This document shows, piece by piece, positions 36,933 through 64,000 of a stretch of DNA of 64,000 nucleotides (positions within the stretch are counted from its first letter, which is position 1; every line of letters starts with the position of its first letter). The notes below the pieces were generated by a model that saw only the letters and a list, made by a program, of their open reading frames with translations, made no database searches and was not told the origin of the DNA. This stretch comes from Macrostomum lignano (Eukaryota), in assembly GCA_002269645.1 (NCBI GenBank), contig NIVC01000535.1, positions 62,001 through 126,000 of the forward strand, given 5' to 3'. The translations under genes and the position numbers were made by a program.

Positions 36933-38132
36933 CTAGGGACACTTTTGCAGTGCCTTGCGCTGAGGGAGTTGCGCATCTCCGATGGTCAATGGATGGTCGA
37001 TGCCCAGCTCGCGGCGGAACGCAATGTTGCCAAACTGCATTTGGGCGGAGCGTGGACGAAGAGGCGCCTTCAAGATTTTCCTGCGAGCCACTGGACCTGC
37101 TGGAGCCGACTCCCTTCGAAAGTGGAACCTGAAGTGTGATAGATCATAGATAACTTTGTCACCTAATAAACTAGTTTCAACTTCAAAAAGTGTGATTCCG
37201 ATTTTTATCAGAGTTTTTGGCGTCATTCTAGGTTATTTTTTATTACACCTGACCTAAGCATGAGCAGATGTGCAACCGACAGCTCAGCCGCAGCTATTGA
37301 GCGGCGCATCTGAAGGCTGCGTACGGCTGTTCAGTCCAAGGACTGGGGGGGGGGGGGGGGTCGCCACACACAGACACAAATTGCTCAGAGTGGGATCGAA
37401 AATCGAACCCCTGATCCTCAAGTCGTTAATCCGACGCTCTAAGCCCTTTCACTTTTTCCTTTTGCTACTGAAAAATCTTCACATTCGTGAACAAAAGAAT
37501 TCAAGCAATAAAGCAAAACAGAACCTCATTGACAAGCGGACAACAACTCGCTGCTTTGCAGACCCAGTCGACGCGCGTCGTCTGGCTAGCCGCGAATTTC
37601 TGTCCGGCGGCAGCGCCAGCAGGTCGCTGGCCAAGCGGTCCAAAATGCGGCGCGATTCTGCCAGACTCTTCACGATCGCGAATCCAATTTTGCCAGGAGA
37701 CGCGGGGTCTGCAGCGGTGGGATCAGTTGAGCCCGCTGAACAAGCTGTTTGCTTTTCGAGCTCGTCGGAGGAAGCCTCGTCCAGTGTAGAAATTACGTCG
37801 TTGTTATTTGCCGAGCAGACTTCGGTGCCACGGTTGAACAATGGCTTAGCGATTCGGCCGAGAATGCCAGAAAACTGTTCGGCAATCGAGTGAAATTCAG
37901 CTCGCAGGCGGGCGACCTGCTGTTGCAACGATCTGCGCTGTCGATTGAGACGGCAACGACTTTGCGGCCCGCAGGACGTCGTTGATGCCGCCGCAGCCGC
38001 AGTGACTGACACAGATTCTAATCGGCGACGGCATGCGTCGGTGGCGGTCAGCATGGCTGCTAAGCATTCGGCCATCGGCTCATTTTTATTTGGCTCTGCA
38101 GTGTCGGATGATATGATGGCGAACTGCATCAT
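36933..38132 (-). CDS. hypothetical protein with predicted coiled coil; exons 38132-37525, 37128-36933
   Basis: Long GC-rich ORF (RRSLQQQVARLRAEFHSIAEQF); ATG AG|gttctg donor and cacttcag|G acceptor are phase-compatible; no family recognised; start Met uncertain. Confidence 0.45.
37243..37372 (-). mobile_element. 5'-truncated SINE fragment (family A)
   Basis: near-identical to 31517-31637; lies in the predicted intron. Confidence 0.75.
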
Positions 38133-38936
38133 GGCGGTTTAACATAAACCGGTGTCAGATTTGCCTCGATATTTATGGTCTGAGCCTGATGCGCAACTTT
38201 TTATAGTTGCCGTTTTCAGCCCGCTGACTCAACCAGAGACAGTGGAAAATTAGGCGGAATCTATTTTTAGTGCTAAAGGTTTTCTGTTCGCTTTCGACTT
38301 TTTTTACATCCTTTTTCCCCCGTTGCATTCGATTGGTCAGCAAGGACCATAGACAGCATGATTGCTTGCCCGTGTTCCTCTTTGTCAGATTTATGCACCT
38401 AAACTGACAATAGTCGTATTAATTCCTATTTTCTATGCAGTCTTGCGTCTGTTGGCCCCAATCAGGCCGTTCTAATTTGTGCCTGTTGTGTGTATTTATA
38501 AATGTTTGTAATACTTTCACGATCGATAATTTAGGCCTCTCTGTGCACGTGGCGCACGAAGAGGTTCAGTTTTATTACTTTTTAAATATAACCTGCCTTG
38601 CCTCTCTTATCTCTTACGAGCGTACCTTCTCTTATCTTATCTTCTCTTATCTCTTATCTTCTCTTATCTCTCTCTCCTCTCGTTCTTCCCATTTTACAAC
38701 CGATAATAAATTTCATTGTCCGCGTGTTGCTAAATAATAGGCTCTTCAAGTGTAGTTTATTCTTGGTTAATTTTTCCCACTAGCACTTGGACACTCGGAA
38801 TGAAAGCACAGCTGAGCACGAAAGCAACTGCGCAGAAATACGATAACTACGCTTTGCCGTTTAACCACAACCATATCGTGTAGCACACATTGCCGCTACA
38901 TCCAAAACGGCGACAGTGGTTTTTAGCACATCTTGT

Positions 38937-39200
38937 AATCTCGGCTTGGCTCTGCTCGTGCAATTAACGGCTTGAGGGCCTACCCCCAAGGCGCAGTGAA
39001 GTGTACATGCCTAACGATAAATAAAGTTAGGGCCGCTGTACACTCCTGTGGAGTGTGTGACTGTGCGTATGACTGCGTACGTATCCGCGCGCTTGTGTGC
39101 CTGCTCAGGGGAGTCGGTATAGAATGGGGGCAGTAGTGCCTCTCGCCGGTTGTGTGCAAATGTCGTTAAAAGTGCGCCAGGGTGCATACAGCCCACTAGC
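38937..39200 (+). mobile_element. SINE family B copy lacking the tRNA head
   Basis: reverse complement of the body of 42925-43247 and 50545-50903. Confidence 0.8.
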
Positions 39201-40206
39201 TCTAATAAAATTTCATTAATTCTGAGCTTAATAGCAGCTTGCTCTTTATCTACATTTGTTTTTGGTAACATGTACCTGTTCATGAGAAGACAATTCGTGA
39301 AAAACTTCCTCAATGTAATTAATCCCGAAACCACAGCTAACCATTGTGGCGCTGGCTTAACAATATCAGCTACTGTTTATTTAAAGTGAAACAATAATCG
39401 AGCATCTGAAGCTGATCCCAATCGATAAAAATTGCAGAGCTATATAATAGTGGAGTGGATAAAGCAAGCAATCACAGGCTATGCTGGAATGGGGTCGGAG
39501 ATTCTTCAAATTGGCTAATACAACAAAATGAACGCGTATTGTGGCTTCCGGTATGCACTTACCATATATAGACAGTGAAAACAGATTAGGACAAATGTAC
39601 TTTTAGTTACAAACCAAAGCATAAATTGAAACTTGAATAAACAAAACAACGGTACAAACATCGAAAAACAAACAGCCATTTTTCAAAATAAAAAAAATTG
39701 CTTTTGTGCATAAACTAAAAATCCTTCAAATTAGAAACAATTGATTTCTGGATGACGCAGATGACTTTTAAACAGCGGTTCCTTTAAAAATTTGTTTGAA
39801 TGTTTGCTTGCTTGCAATGTTCCACAGTACAGAAGTACATTGTGAGCTGTCACATTCGGAGGCTCAGATGCACAAAAGAATCGCAAATACTTGTAAAATA
39901 CATGTTTGACTGCCCTACTTTGAAGCATTCCGGGAGATAGAAGTATTTAAACAAATTTCGGTCAAAAAAGGAGATACAGCAAATGAAAATTACGCTGGGA
40001 ATCAAATTTTGTAAATAGACTGATAGCAGAGAAGCGGTTATTGCTCATAAGTTTGGATAAAAATAATTCCAGGGGTGGCACGCGCTTTTACTGGCTGAAT
40101 GAATTTGCTTCCATAAAATGTCAACCCAATTTCTAAATAAACCCATTGCATACACGTGAATAGTTCACAGGTGTTGCAGTTGTCAGATGCTAACCTTCAT
40201 ACTTAT

Positions 40207-52680
<12,474 letters not shown>

Positions 52681-53287
52681 CGCATCGAAGCGGACTGTGC
52701 GTTGCATGACGGTCTTGTTGGCGTCCTGCCTTTGTTCCGCTCGGAGGGAAGGCAGCACAGGCGGGTCTCGGTGCGGATACTTGAGGTGGCGATCGCAGGG
52801 GCGGTGCCGGGGCGGTGGCGCGAGCGCTTGTTCGATCCCAGAGGGGGTGGCGGTGTTTGCCGAATCGATTTCTGCAAGGTCCGATCGGGTTTCGATTCTG
52901 GCCAGTGCTAGCAGAGCCTAGGAGGGCAGCGGCTGCTTGTCTGGGAGGGCTTAAAAACTGATCGCTGGGGGGGGGACGGCGAGAGCAGCAGCTGCGGTCC
53001 GGCTCTGCCTTACCTTTGAGCAAATTCTCCCTGCTTTAATCTCTTTCTCTCTCACCGGTCTATTTCTAGCCTATACTCAAAAGCTCGTATTTTTCTCGCC
53101 AAAGTCGCCGCTTGCGTCTTCAATCGGAGATTTGGGATCTCGGAATGAAAGCGGGAGAGCAAAGGACAAAGAGAGAAAGAGCGAGAAACGGTGCGGCCTG
53201 CCTTTTCTAGCCCCGGCCACGACCCTCCTCAGTCAACAATCTCTCTCCAACCTCTCCGCCCTACCCCCCAGGTGAGGAGATCCGCCA

Positions 53288-53323
<36 letters not shown>

Positions 53324-54035
53324 AAACAGCCGCCCCAAAGTGCTCGGCTGCCCTCCCAGAGCAGCCTGAGTCAGCGCTGATGCTAAATTTAGCAGCAGTT
53401 CCGCTCCCCTCAATGCCCAATGGGAGAGAGCGCGTCGGCAGGCTGTACTAAACGACGGACAAGCTTGTCGACTGCGCGTCGGCAGGCTGCACTAAACGAC
53501 GGACAAGCTTCTCGACTGCAGTTTTGGGATTTGCCAATTGAGAACCCCGCCCAGAGTGAGCAGTGGGAGAGAATTTAGTATTACTAGTCGTCTTTCACTG
53601 CTTTTCATATTTTATTTCATTTCGCATAACTTCGAGCAAAAAATAGCAAAAATGTGCTCCGTTGGCGCCTCAGATTAAGTTGTTACCTTCGTTGCAAAAC
53701 TCCACACTTTCCGACCCACCTATTTTTCATTAACAATAATTTACGGTTGATTACAATATGCTAATGGCCTCCTTCCAGGTCCTGTGCAACCGATTCAGGC
53801 GAAGTATTAGCCAGGAGGAATGGCTAGGAGGTCTCAGCCCGGCTTCATACTGATTTCTGGCCCACTAAAAGCCACCAGCTGCGAGAATGCGTGAATTTAA
53901 AAAAGCTTTTGTTAGTGCCGCCGCACAACTGCTCCAATTAAGTTGGGAACTCAAATTGGCCGCCTAGAAAAAATTGCATTATGCAAATCTTAAACTCGCC
54001 ACCCACTAAACAACATAGTTAGCAACCCATTATAT

Positions 54036-55510
54036 TCATTGATGTGTTGGCTAGATTAGCAATCCATTCTATTCCTTCATTGATGTAGGCTAGATTAGCA
54101 ATCCATTCTATTCATTCATTGATGTAGGCTAGATTAGCAATCCATTCTATTCTTTCATTGATGTAGGCTAGATTAGCAATCCATTCTGTTCCTTCATTGA
54201 TGTAGGCTAGATTAGCAATCCATTCTGTTCCTTCATTGATGTAGGCTAGATTAGCAATCCATTCTATTCCTTCATTGATGTAGGCTAGATTAGCAATCCA
54301 TTCTATTCCTTCATTGATGTAGGCTAGATTAGCAATCCATTCTATTCCTTCATTGATGTAGGCTAGATTAGCAATCCATTCTATTCCTTCATTGATGCAG
54401 GCTAGATTAACAATCCATTCTATTCCTTCATTGATGTAGGCTAGATTAGCAATCCATTCTATTCCTTCATTGATGTAGGCTAGATTAGCAATCCATTCTA
54501 TTCCTTCATTGATGTAGGCTAGATTAGCAATCCATTCTATTCCTTCATTGATGTAGGCTAGATTAGCAATCCATTCTATTCCTTCATTGATGTAGGCTAG
54601 ATTAGCAATCCATTCTATTCCTTCATTGATGTAGGCTAGATTAGCAATCCATTCTATTCCTTCACTGATGTAGGCTAGATTAGCAATCCATTCTACTCCT
54701 TCATTGATGTAGGCTAGATTAGCAATCCATTCTATTCCTTCATTGGTGTAGGCTAGATTAGCAATCCATTCTACTCCTTCATTGATGTAGGCTAGATTAG
54801 CAATCCATTCTATTCCTTCATTGATGTAGGCTAGATTAGCAATCCATTCTATTCCTTCATTGGTGTAGGCTAGATTAGCAATCCATTCTATTCCTTCATT
54901 GATGTAGGCTAGATTAGCAATCCATTCTATTCCTTCACTGATGTAGGCTAGATTAGCAATCCATTCTACTCCTTCATTGATGTAGGCTAGATTAGCAATC
55001 CATTCTATTCCTTCATTGATGTAGGCTAGATTAGCAATCCATTCTATTCCTTCATTGATGTAGGCTAGATTAGCAATCCATTCTATTCCTTCATTGATGT
55101 AGGCTAGATTAGCAATCCATTCTATTCCTTCATTGATGTAGGCTAGATTAGCAATCCATTCTATTCCTTCATTGATGTAGGCTAGATTAGCAATCCATTC
55201 TATTCCTTCATTGGTGTAGGCTAGATTAGCAATCCATTCTATTCCTTCATTGATGTAGGCTAGATTAGCAATCCATTCTATTCCTTCATTGGTGTAGGCT
55301 AGATTAGCAATCCATTCTATTCCTTCATTGATGTAGGCTAGATTAGCAATCCATTCTATTCCTTCACTGATGTAGGCTAGATTAGCAATCCATTCTACTC
55401 CTTCATTGATGTAGGCTACATTAGCAATCCATTCTATTCCTTCATTGATGTAGGCTAGATTAGCAATCCATTCTATTCCTTCATTGGTGTAGGCTAGATT
55501 AGCAATCCAA
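54036..55510. repeat. 39-bp minisatellite, ~37 highly homogeneous copies
   Basis: TCCTTCATTGATGTAGGCTAGATTAGCAATCCATTCTAT. Confidence 0.97.
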
Positions 55511-55919
55511 TATACTAAAAATTCCAATCTATTTTCTGATTAATATTGGCTGGACAATATAAAATAACTCATTCAACCCCATATCCCGTCAATCCACTTC
55601 CGTGAACACTGTCCCAGCAGCAATTTCATTAGCATTGAGCAGTCATTCTGTTTGTACACCCTGGGCTGTGTGTTGGCCATCCAAACATCCCTGTTTGTCC
55701 CCACGGCCTTGCAAATCCCATCCCAGCTACCTTCCTGGGAACGGAAGCGAAAGTGTGGGCTCGTATTTCCAAATCGAAAGCAGAATTTCTCTCACAGAGC
55801 AGACTATGCGCGCACATGGGCACATGCTTTCTTAAGCCTTGTGCAGACAGTTCCGTCGGATGATGAGGACAAACTTTATACCAGGATATTCAGCTCGTAC
55901 CTGGCTGTTTCTTTACCTA

Positions 55920-56510
<591 letters not shown>

Positions 56511-57349
56511 AAATATACAAAACAGTTTTTATCTAGCAATGTAACGGTAGTTACTGCCAATAGTTTGTTTTTGATTTTCGCTACTTCTTCTTCCCAAACG
56601 TGTTTCGTGTTTCCGAATTCTTTCTTGTGTTTTTTTCAGAGCTTTATTGCACAGATTTTCCTACTAAATGTTGTCCCCGTGAGCAGCTGTTGCTCAGCTA
56701 TATTTTGCTGCGACGGGAAAACAGTTCTGAATTGGGAAATACGATATAACTCTGACTGGGGCGAACTTATGAAAAATAAGGAAGCAGAAAGAGTGCAAAG
56801 GCTGAGAGCTCAGTGGGTGGTTCCACGCTGCACTGATTGCTATTTTTAGTGCCAGTTCCCCACCCCGGGCATCTACTCAAGCCCCCTTGATCGATATCAA
56901 ATGCAACAGTTGGCAAAATTTGATCGATTTTGGCAACCCCCCACCCTAACCTCCCCTGCTGACCACAGCGGGAGAGTCCAGCTAATGGCATGACAGGGCA
57001 AGCGCGCAAACGTCGACGACACGCTTAAACTTAAACTTAACACAGTATAAAAAAGTAGAGAGAGAGGAAGAAGTTCTGCTGTAGCTCAACACCCCGCTAT
57101 CTGAATTGAATTACAGAGTGCATGACCAGACATGAATGAAAGAAGTATTAATATTGTTGTGAAATAATAAGATAGCTGCTCAGGGACGCTAGACACTATT
57201 ACTGGGTTGGATTAGTCAGAATTAAGCTGCATAATTTATTCTGTCATTATTTCTGCCCCGCTAGATAGTTTCCCACACGATATGCTATTTGAAGTAAGAA
57301 ATCTGCGAAATAGATGGAGCAGTCTGACTCATTCTTGAGCCACCTTTCT

Positions 57350-57757
57350 TCTTACTGACGCCACCTGCGTCTATCCGACTTCTTCCTGACCTCACCTGTC
57401 TATCTGACTCCTTCCTGACCCCACCTGTCTATCTGACTCCTTCCTGACCCCACCTGTCTATTTGACACCTTCTAAACCCCACCTGTGTCTATCTGACTTC
57501 TTCCTGACCCCACCTGTCTATCTGACTCCTTCCTGACCCCACCTGTCTATTTGACACCTTCTAAACCCCACCTGTGTCTATCTGACTTCTTCCTGACCCC
57601 ACATATGTATTTCTGACTCCTTCCTGACCCCACCTGTGTCTATCTGACTCCTTCCTGACCCCACCTGAGTCTATCTGATTCCTTCCTGACCCCATCTGTC
57701 TATCTGACCTCTTTCCTAACCCCACCTGCGTCTATCTGACTCCTTCCTGACCCCACC
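57350..57757. repeat. ~28-31 bp minisatellite, left arm
   Basis: CCCACCTGTCTATCTGACTCCTTCCTGA units; same family as 59489-59750. Confidence 0.9.
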
Positions 57758-59489
57758 GGCCAAGCCCCGGGAACCAAACCTGCCAGCCGGAGAAGGAGTT
57801 GAGGACGAGGCCGGGTCTTCGGAATCCGAGCTCTCCTCGGCCACCCTGGTGGGGTCTGAAGGCAAAGATGCAGATGAGGAAGCTTCCTCCATCCTGTCAT
57901 CGCAGCCCGAGGACTCTGCTTGGGGGCTGGTGGGGGTGAGGAGGCCATGGACGTCGACCAACTCCCATCTCCCAGTAAAGCCCCAACGGCCTGGGACGAG
58001 GACGATTTGCTGTCCAAGTCTCCTTGATGGCCCGGGCTCTAGCCAGCTATTGCATTTAATACAGTTTGAATAAGCTCCACGCTGCCAAAGGAGCGACATT
58101 CTTTATGCAAATAAATTTACAGCATTGCGTATCTGCTTCAGTAAATAGGATGAAGATTGCTGAGCTGTACAGGCCAGACCTCATCCTGATCCAGGAACCC
58201 TGGATGCGCAACGGTAAGTTGCCCAACATTCCTTCTGGCTACTCTGATTTTTATGTGTGTGGCCCGGGGAACAGCCGCTGCTGCTTCGCTGCTTCGATTT
58301 ATGTTCCAGGCGACAGAGACCTGCACATGAGAGTCTACTGCGAGTCCCAGAACGCTGAGCTGTGCTTAGGGGGCGACCTCAACGCACACCATAAGCACTG
58401 GGGCAGCAAAGACACCAATACTAGAGGGGAGGAGCTTCTGGCCCTTATGTCTAATACGCTCGTACAAACCTCATGCTCTGCAACCGCGGTAGCACTCCTA
58501 CCTTTAACAATGGCAGATGGACTGAGGTCCTCGATGCCACACTCGTTACCCCAAGACTCTTTGACAGAGTTGAGGAGTGGAGAGTCTGGTCTGAGGAGCC
58601 CTCCCTGTCTGACCACTGCTTTATCGCCTTTAATATCGCGGACACTAAACCCCAGTCCTCGATCACTTGGAGGCGTAACATCCGCTACACTGATTGGGCA
58701 GCCTATAAGGCTACCCTTGATCTGCACCTGCAGGAACTCACGGACTTACGTCCGATTGAGACCTGCGAGGATGTAGACCATACGCTGAGACGCTGACAGG
58801 TTGCATTATTGAAGCCTACGAAGCGGCTTGTCCTGCTCGCGCCTACAAAGGCAAGACCTCGGCGCCGTGGTGGAACCCGGAGCTGGGGAAACTCAGGCGG
58901 AAGGCCAAAAGCCTTCATCGCCGTGCCATGAAGACCGGAAACCCGGAGGACATGGAGCTTTTCCGGCAAGCCTCCCGCAACTTCAAATCTGAAGTGCGCA
59001 AGGCCAAGGAATGTAAATGGCGCCAATTCTGCAATGAGTTGGATCAAGACAGACCTACTTCTAGGCTTGTCAAGGCCCTTGCAATGGAAATGGACAAATT
59101 AGACATGATCAGAAAAGATGATGGCTCTCTTACTAAAGACCCTGAAGAAGTGCTTCAACATATGCTCAGCACATTCTTCCCGAGGGTACCCACCGCTAGA
59201 TCGGAACCCAACCATTCGATGGATGGAGCCACCCTAGCGTCACTGAAGACTTAATCGCTCGTGCGGTCAGAACTTTCAAGCCCTTCAAATCTCCTGGACC
59301 TGATGGTAACTACCCTGTTTTTCTTCGTGAAGCAGCCAAGATATCCTCGTTCTTGAGACTTACCCGCAATCTCATGCGAGCCTCTATCCAGCTGGGATAC
59401 GTTCCCAAGTGCTGGACCAAAGCTCGGGTAGTCTTCATTCCCAAACCTGGGAAGGGTGAATACCAGAGCGTCAAGGCCTTTAAGCCAAT
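57758..59489 (+). mobile_element. internal fragment of an APE-RT non-LTR retrotransposon (R1/LOA-like), pseudogenised
   Basis: QINLQHC, DLILIQEPW, LGGDLNAHHKHWGS..TNTRGEEL, SLSDHCFI (APE); then KSPGPDG..P, GYVPKCWTKARVVFIPKPGKGEY..KAFKPI (RT N-terminus) ending abruptly; frameshifts and stops; clade call from motif memory. Confidence 0.88.
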
Positions 59490-59750
59490 TCTAAACCCCA
59501 CCTGCGTCTATCTGACTCCTTCCTGAGCCTATCTGTCTATCTGACATCTTCTAAACCCCACTTGTGTCTATCTGACTCCTTCCTGACCCCACCTGTGTCT
59601 ATCTGACTCCTTCCTGACCCCATATGTCTATCTGACCTCTTTCCTAACCCCACCTGCGTCTATCTGACTTGTTTCTGACCCACTTGTGTCTATCTGACTC
59701 CTTCCTGACCCCACCAGTCTATCTGACTTCTTCCTGACCCCACCTGTCTC
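59489..59750. repeat. ~28-31 bp minisatellite, right arm
   Basis: same units and variants (TTCTAAACCCCACC) as 57350-57757. Confidence 0.9.
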
Positions 59751-61814
59751 TTCGGGAAGAGGCAGTCAAAAACCAATGCAGATTGAGTCCACATTAATAT
59801 TTGCTCCAAGACACAGCCATGCAAAATAAGTGCGAAAGGCATGGGTGCAAACAGATTAAAAATGAACACGGAAAAGAAACTTGAGCCTTAAATATACGAT
59901 CGTTTCCATGGCAACCAGAGAACTTAAGAGAGAGAGATTGAGAGAGACAGAGACAGTAACTGCGAGTGCTCATAAAAAAGCTCTTGAAAGCTAAACCTAA
60001 CAAAAGTGGGCATTGTGTTCTTTTTAGCTTGGAACAGTCCGCGATAGCGTGCTTAATCCTTCCTAAAATTTCGGCTTGAGGAGCGCAGCCTGTTGCTAAA
60101 AATAGCAACACTTTATTCAATTAAATTCTTTTTTCCTGAAAATAGTTGAAAAATAATTCAGAGCTCACGCGCTACATGCTACTCAGTAGATTCAGTCAGT
60201 AGGATGTCTAGCATATTGTATTTACAGTTAGATTCCTCTCGATTGATCCTGCCAAAACAATCGCTAATGGATTGGAGGTGGCAATTCAATTTCTGTCTGA
60301 CCGAGTGCGGGGGTCTGTGGGAATCAACTTTGCCCGTAGGTCAGGCATTGACAGACCCCCATCTTGTTTCCCAATCGACCTCAATTCCCCATCTGCTCTC
60401 CTGGCCAAGAACTCCGGCAAAGATGGAGCGAGCGACTGACATGCAGTTTGGCTCATAATTAGATTCTCCCCAACTCATTGCTTGCTGTGTCTCCGAGCTG
60501 TGCAAACGCGGCTGGACGTTGACTCAACCAAATTCTGTTGACGGCGAACTGCATGATGAACCTTTCTAGGAAACCTTAAGGCAAAGAGAATTTTCAATTC
60601 AAAAACTTAATCAATCCGTTATGATGAGCTCTTTCTACGGGAGAACCCTTCTAACTTTAATTAATTACAAGCTTTTCCTCATTGGGAGCAGGCCATGTGT
60701 TTTTAGATGCCCGAGTCACTATAAGGACTGCAGAGGACACCATGGCTCTAATAGGTTCTGTCGGTGGACCTCTTAGAGACCGGAAACTGGTCTCAGACTG
60801 GTTTCAAATTTTAAAAGGTTCGAATGTATTATCTATGAAGGTCTCTTGTGATGGAGCTGTACTAAAAGACAGGTCAACTTCAACTCCAGGTCTTTAGGCG
60901 ACCCCCGCTAAATGACTGATGTTGTAAAACCGTTAGGCTTACGATTAAAGAGATCACAATTGCAGGTCAGACGCTTCTATTGGATAGAACCTGCTAGAGT
61001 GCTTCCACAGTTAAATTCATATCGAACGGAAGTAAGCAGTTTTAAACTCGAGCTTGCCATCTCACGATCAGTCCATCAAACATTCCCTCATCTTTGCCGC
61101 AATTGTGTCCAGACTCAAACAGGAGTGAGTACAGTATTTGCTCACTGAGAAATTCGAAATGCTGGGGCTGAGCAAACAATTAAAACTAATGAGAGCTTCC
61201 GGTGTGTGGCCGCGGAGAGCTTTGGGAAATTGCGGCAGTTATACAGGCACTGGGTGGGCAGAGTTTAATGGACAATTTGAGTAGAACTAAAGATCCCGAA
61301 CCCGGGTAAGCCGCTTGTTTCACATAATTGCTGCCCCAATTTTTATCTGTGCTCAGCATCCCCCGAGCTTTCAAACCCCCTCCATCCCAGCCCATCCTCA
61401 GCCCCGCAGCTGCCCCTCCTCCCGGCTTCATGACAAATGGATTTTTGAGGAGCTTTGAGGAGCGCCCGGTGAGTGAAGAGGGGGGAGGGTGGGTTCGGCA
61501 ACAGAGCCTTGGAAATGCATTGGGACGGTTGAACTGTTTGGGGAACCATTTTTCCCCATGATGAAGCTGCTCAATGGCTTCAGTCTCAATGTGCTCCATC
61601 GCACTTAATAGTCGTTTGGACTTCTGGTCTAGAAATGGATATGAAATTGAGGGGATAAATTTATTGTTGGGAATCGGCTTTAATGCTTCATTTCAGTGCT
61701 TTTCTGAAATATTCTGAGAGCAATATGATTGTCCAGAAAAATGACAGACAGACACTAAAATAGACAGGCATACATTAAATTAGACAGGCAGACGGACACA
61801 AGTCACATGGACAT

Positions 61815-62570
61815 AAGACACTAAGACTCAAAGACACAGGCACTAAGACAATAAGACACTTAGACACAGACAATAAGACAATAAGACAATAAGACAACAA
61901 GACACTAAGACAATAAGACACTAAGACACTATGACAATAATACACTAAGACACAGACAATAAGACACTAAGACACAGACAATAAGACACAAAGACACAGA
62001 CAATAAGACACTAAGACACAGACAATAAGACACAAAGACACAGACAATAAGACACTAAGACACAGACAATAAAACACAAAGACACAGACAATAAAACACT
62101 AACACACAGACAATAAGACACAAAGACACTATGACAATAATACACTAAGACACAGACAATAAGACACTAAGACACTATGACAATAATACACTAAGACACA
62201 GACAATAAGACACTAAGACACAGACAATAAGACACTAAGACACAGACAATAAGACACAAAGACACAGACAATAAGACACTAAGACACAGACAATAAGACA
62301 CTAAGACACTATGAAAATAATACACTAAGACACAGACAATAAGACACTAAGACACTATGACAATAATACACTAAGACACTATGACAATAATACACTAAGA
62401 CACAGACAATAAGACACTAAGACACAGACAATAAGACACAAAGACACAGACAATAAGACACAAAGACACAGACAATAAGACACTAAGACACAGACAATAA
62501 GACACTAAGACACAGACAATAAGACACTAAGACACAGACAATAAGACACTAAGACACAGGCACTAAGACC
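61815..62570. repeat. degenerate ~22-bp satellite
   Basis: AGACACAGACAATAAGACACTA-type units. Confidence 0.93.
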
Positions 62571-64000
62571 TAATGAAACGAAGCACCAGTTCTGACTTTG
62601 ACAATGACGTCGCCAGACGGTTTCTACAACCGACCCAGCTATCCGGTCGATGTCAGTTCATTGTCATCAACAACCGGGCCGCAGCCACGGCTAATTGGAT
62701 CCATAATGTTCAGACGGCCAGAAGCAAAGATCACAGCAGACCATCAGTTACTTAGCCGTTCCATCCGAGCTCGATTGGTCCCCGGCCAGGAACAGGCAAA
62801 GCGACTTTTCCGCCATGTCGCGGCGCCCGTGTTCAGCCCGGCCGGGCTATTGAACGCTAATTAAAAGCCGCAGATCTGCCTGACTGGCAGGAGGCCGGTG
62901 GTGGGGGGGGGGGGGTTCTGGCTGGCGGACAAACGATTGCCGGAAATGAAACGGCACCCGGCACAGAAACATTCAGCCAGACAGACAGGCGGACAGATAG
63001 ATGGATAGAGGAGGCGAATCAGCGATGGAGAAAGAAATGGGCCCGCCAGATGCCAGCAGAGCCACATGCGGAACACAAACACCATGGGGGGCTGGGGTGC
63101 TTATCCTTCCGTTCAGGTGGGCCGCTGGGATTCCCAGTGCAGCTTTCTCTTTTCTCTCCAACTCTGCGCAGCCCGAAAATGCCCAGCGGATGATGAGATG
63201 GCGCAGCGAAGTGTCCCACCGCAGCTGCTGATGATGCATGCATCGGTGTGGACAAGTGGGATAATTGGGTGGTGGGGTAGGGTGATTCCGGGGCCGGTTT
63301 GGAGGGACAACAGTTGATTGGCAGGTCCAAGAGCTGCCAGTTGGAGCAAATTTTGAGTGGGACATTTTCAGCCTTTTAAGTTAGATGCTGTAAATCTAAA
63401 GTTTTGAATAGCTTTTATTTCAAGCCAGCTGGCAGATTTTCTTGTGTCAGATTGTTGGAAAATTGCAGAATTGAGGCTTCAATCCTCGCCCTGATGCTGC
63501 ACCACGGTAGCAGACAGGGTTGAGTGAGTGTTGGTTTAGTCACTTCCGAGTACCCAGCAGTCTAACCCAGGGGTGACCGAGTACCGAGTACCGAGCAGTC
63601 TAACCCAGGGGTGACCAAGAACCGAGTATCGAGCTATGCAGCTTGTTTTTTAATCTTCAACTTCACGGGAAAAATCACTTTTTGAAAGTTGATTTCCTGC
63701 CTTTTCTAGAAATAAAATTGTGAATATATTGCTTTCAAAGTCTCAATAATCCTGTCGACATCAAAACTTGACATTGTTGGTTATAATTACTGGCCTAATG
63801 CTCGTCGAAACTCCATTATAATCGAGAACCGAGTACTCGCCCAGCCCTAGAAATTTGCCAAAATTTGCTTTGGTAAAACGAATGGTTTGATGAATGATTA
63901 GGAGGCTTTGGCTTTGTACACAGCCAGACTTACCTACCCTGCTGAGCAAACTCACATCAACTCGATTTCACGGCTGGCCGATGGTCAATTTGTGCCAGTC

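Noticed and set aside
54112-55527. 471-aa ORF of (EGIEWIANLAYIN)n
   Set aside because: It is the 39-bp minisatellite read in its one stop-free frame; begins at TTG, with no unique N- or C-terminal domain or splice context
59800-64000. Short ORFs on both strands (60-137 aa)
   Set aside because: No recognisable motifs or consistent exon chain

Overview
Eukaryotic (animal) genomic DNA: GC-rich spliced exons, GT-AG introns packed with unrelated minisatellites, and SINE/LINE/hAT debris. The overall style resembles a Macrostomum-type flatworm genome; that assignment is inference only. Genes I could build exon by exon: PSMC4/Rpt3 (+, 3 exons), PSMD14/Rpn11 (+, 2 exons) and MEMO1 (+, 2 exons) as a head-to-tail housekeeping cluster; a 102-aa secreted six-cysteine peptide precursor (-); an 11-exon neprilysin/M13-family protein that has lost the zinc ligands and catalytic motifs I could align (-); an intronless secreted PAN+LamG-like protein (+); and a ~20-exon MUC4-like NIDO-AMOP-VWD-EGF-SEA type I membrane protein (-) with a +1 frameshift in an A8 run. 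Two weakly supported orphan coding regions are also present. The most unusual signals are: (1) sharply bounded blocks almost free of CpG and also low in CpA/TpG but rich in TpA, a RIP-like signature on a decayed hAT transposase; (2) a candidate trans-spliced operon of two 19S proteasome subunits; (3) the dead peptidase; (4) the orphan Cys-framework peptide. Most other ORFs in the supplied track are artefacts of tandem repeats or antisense frames. All coordinates and counts were read by hand.
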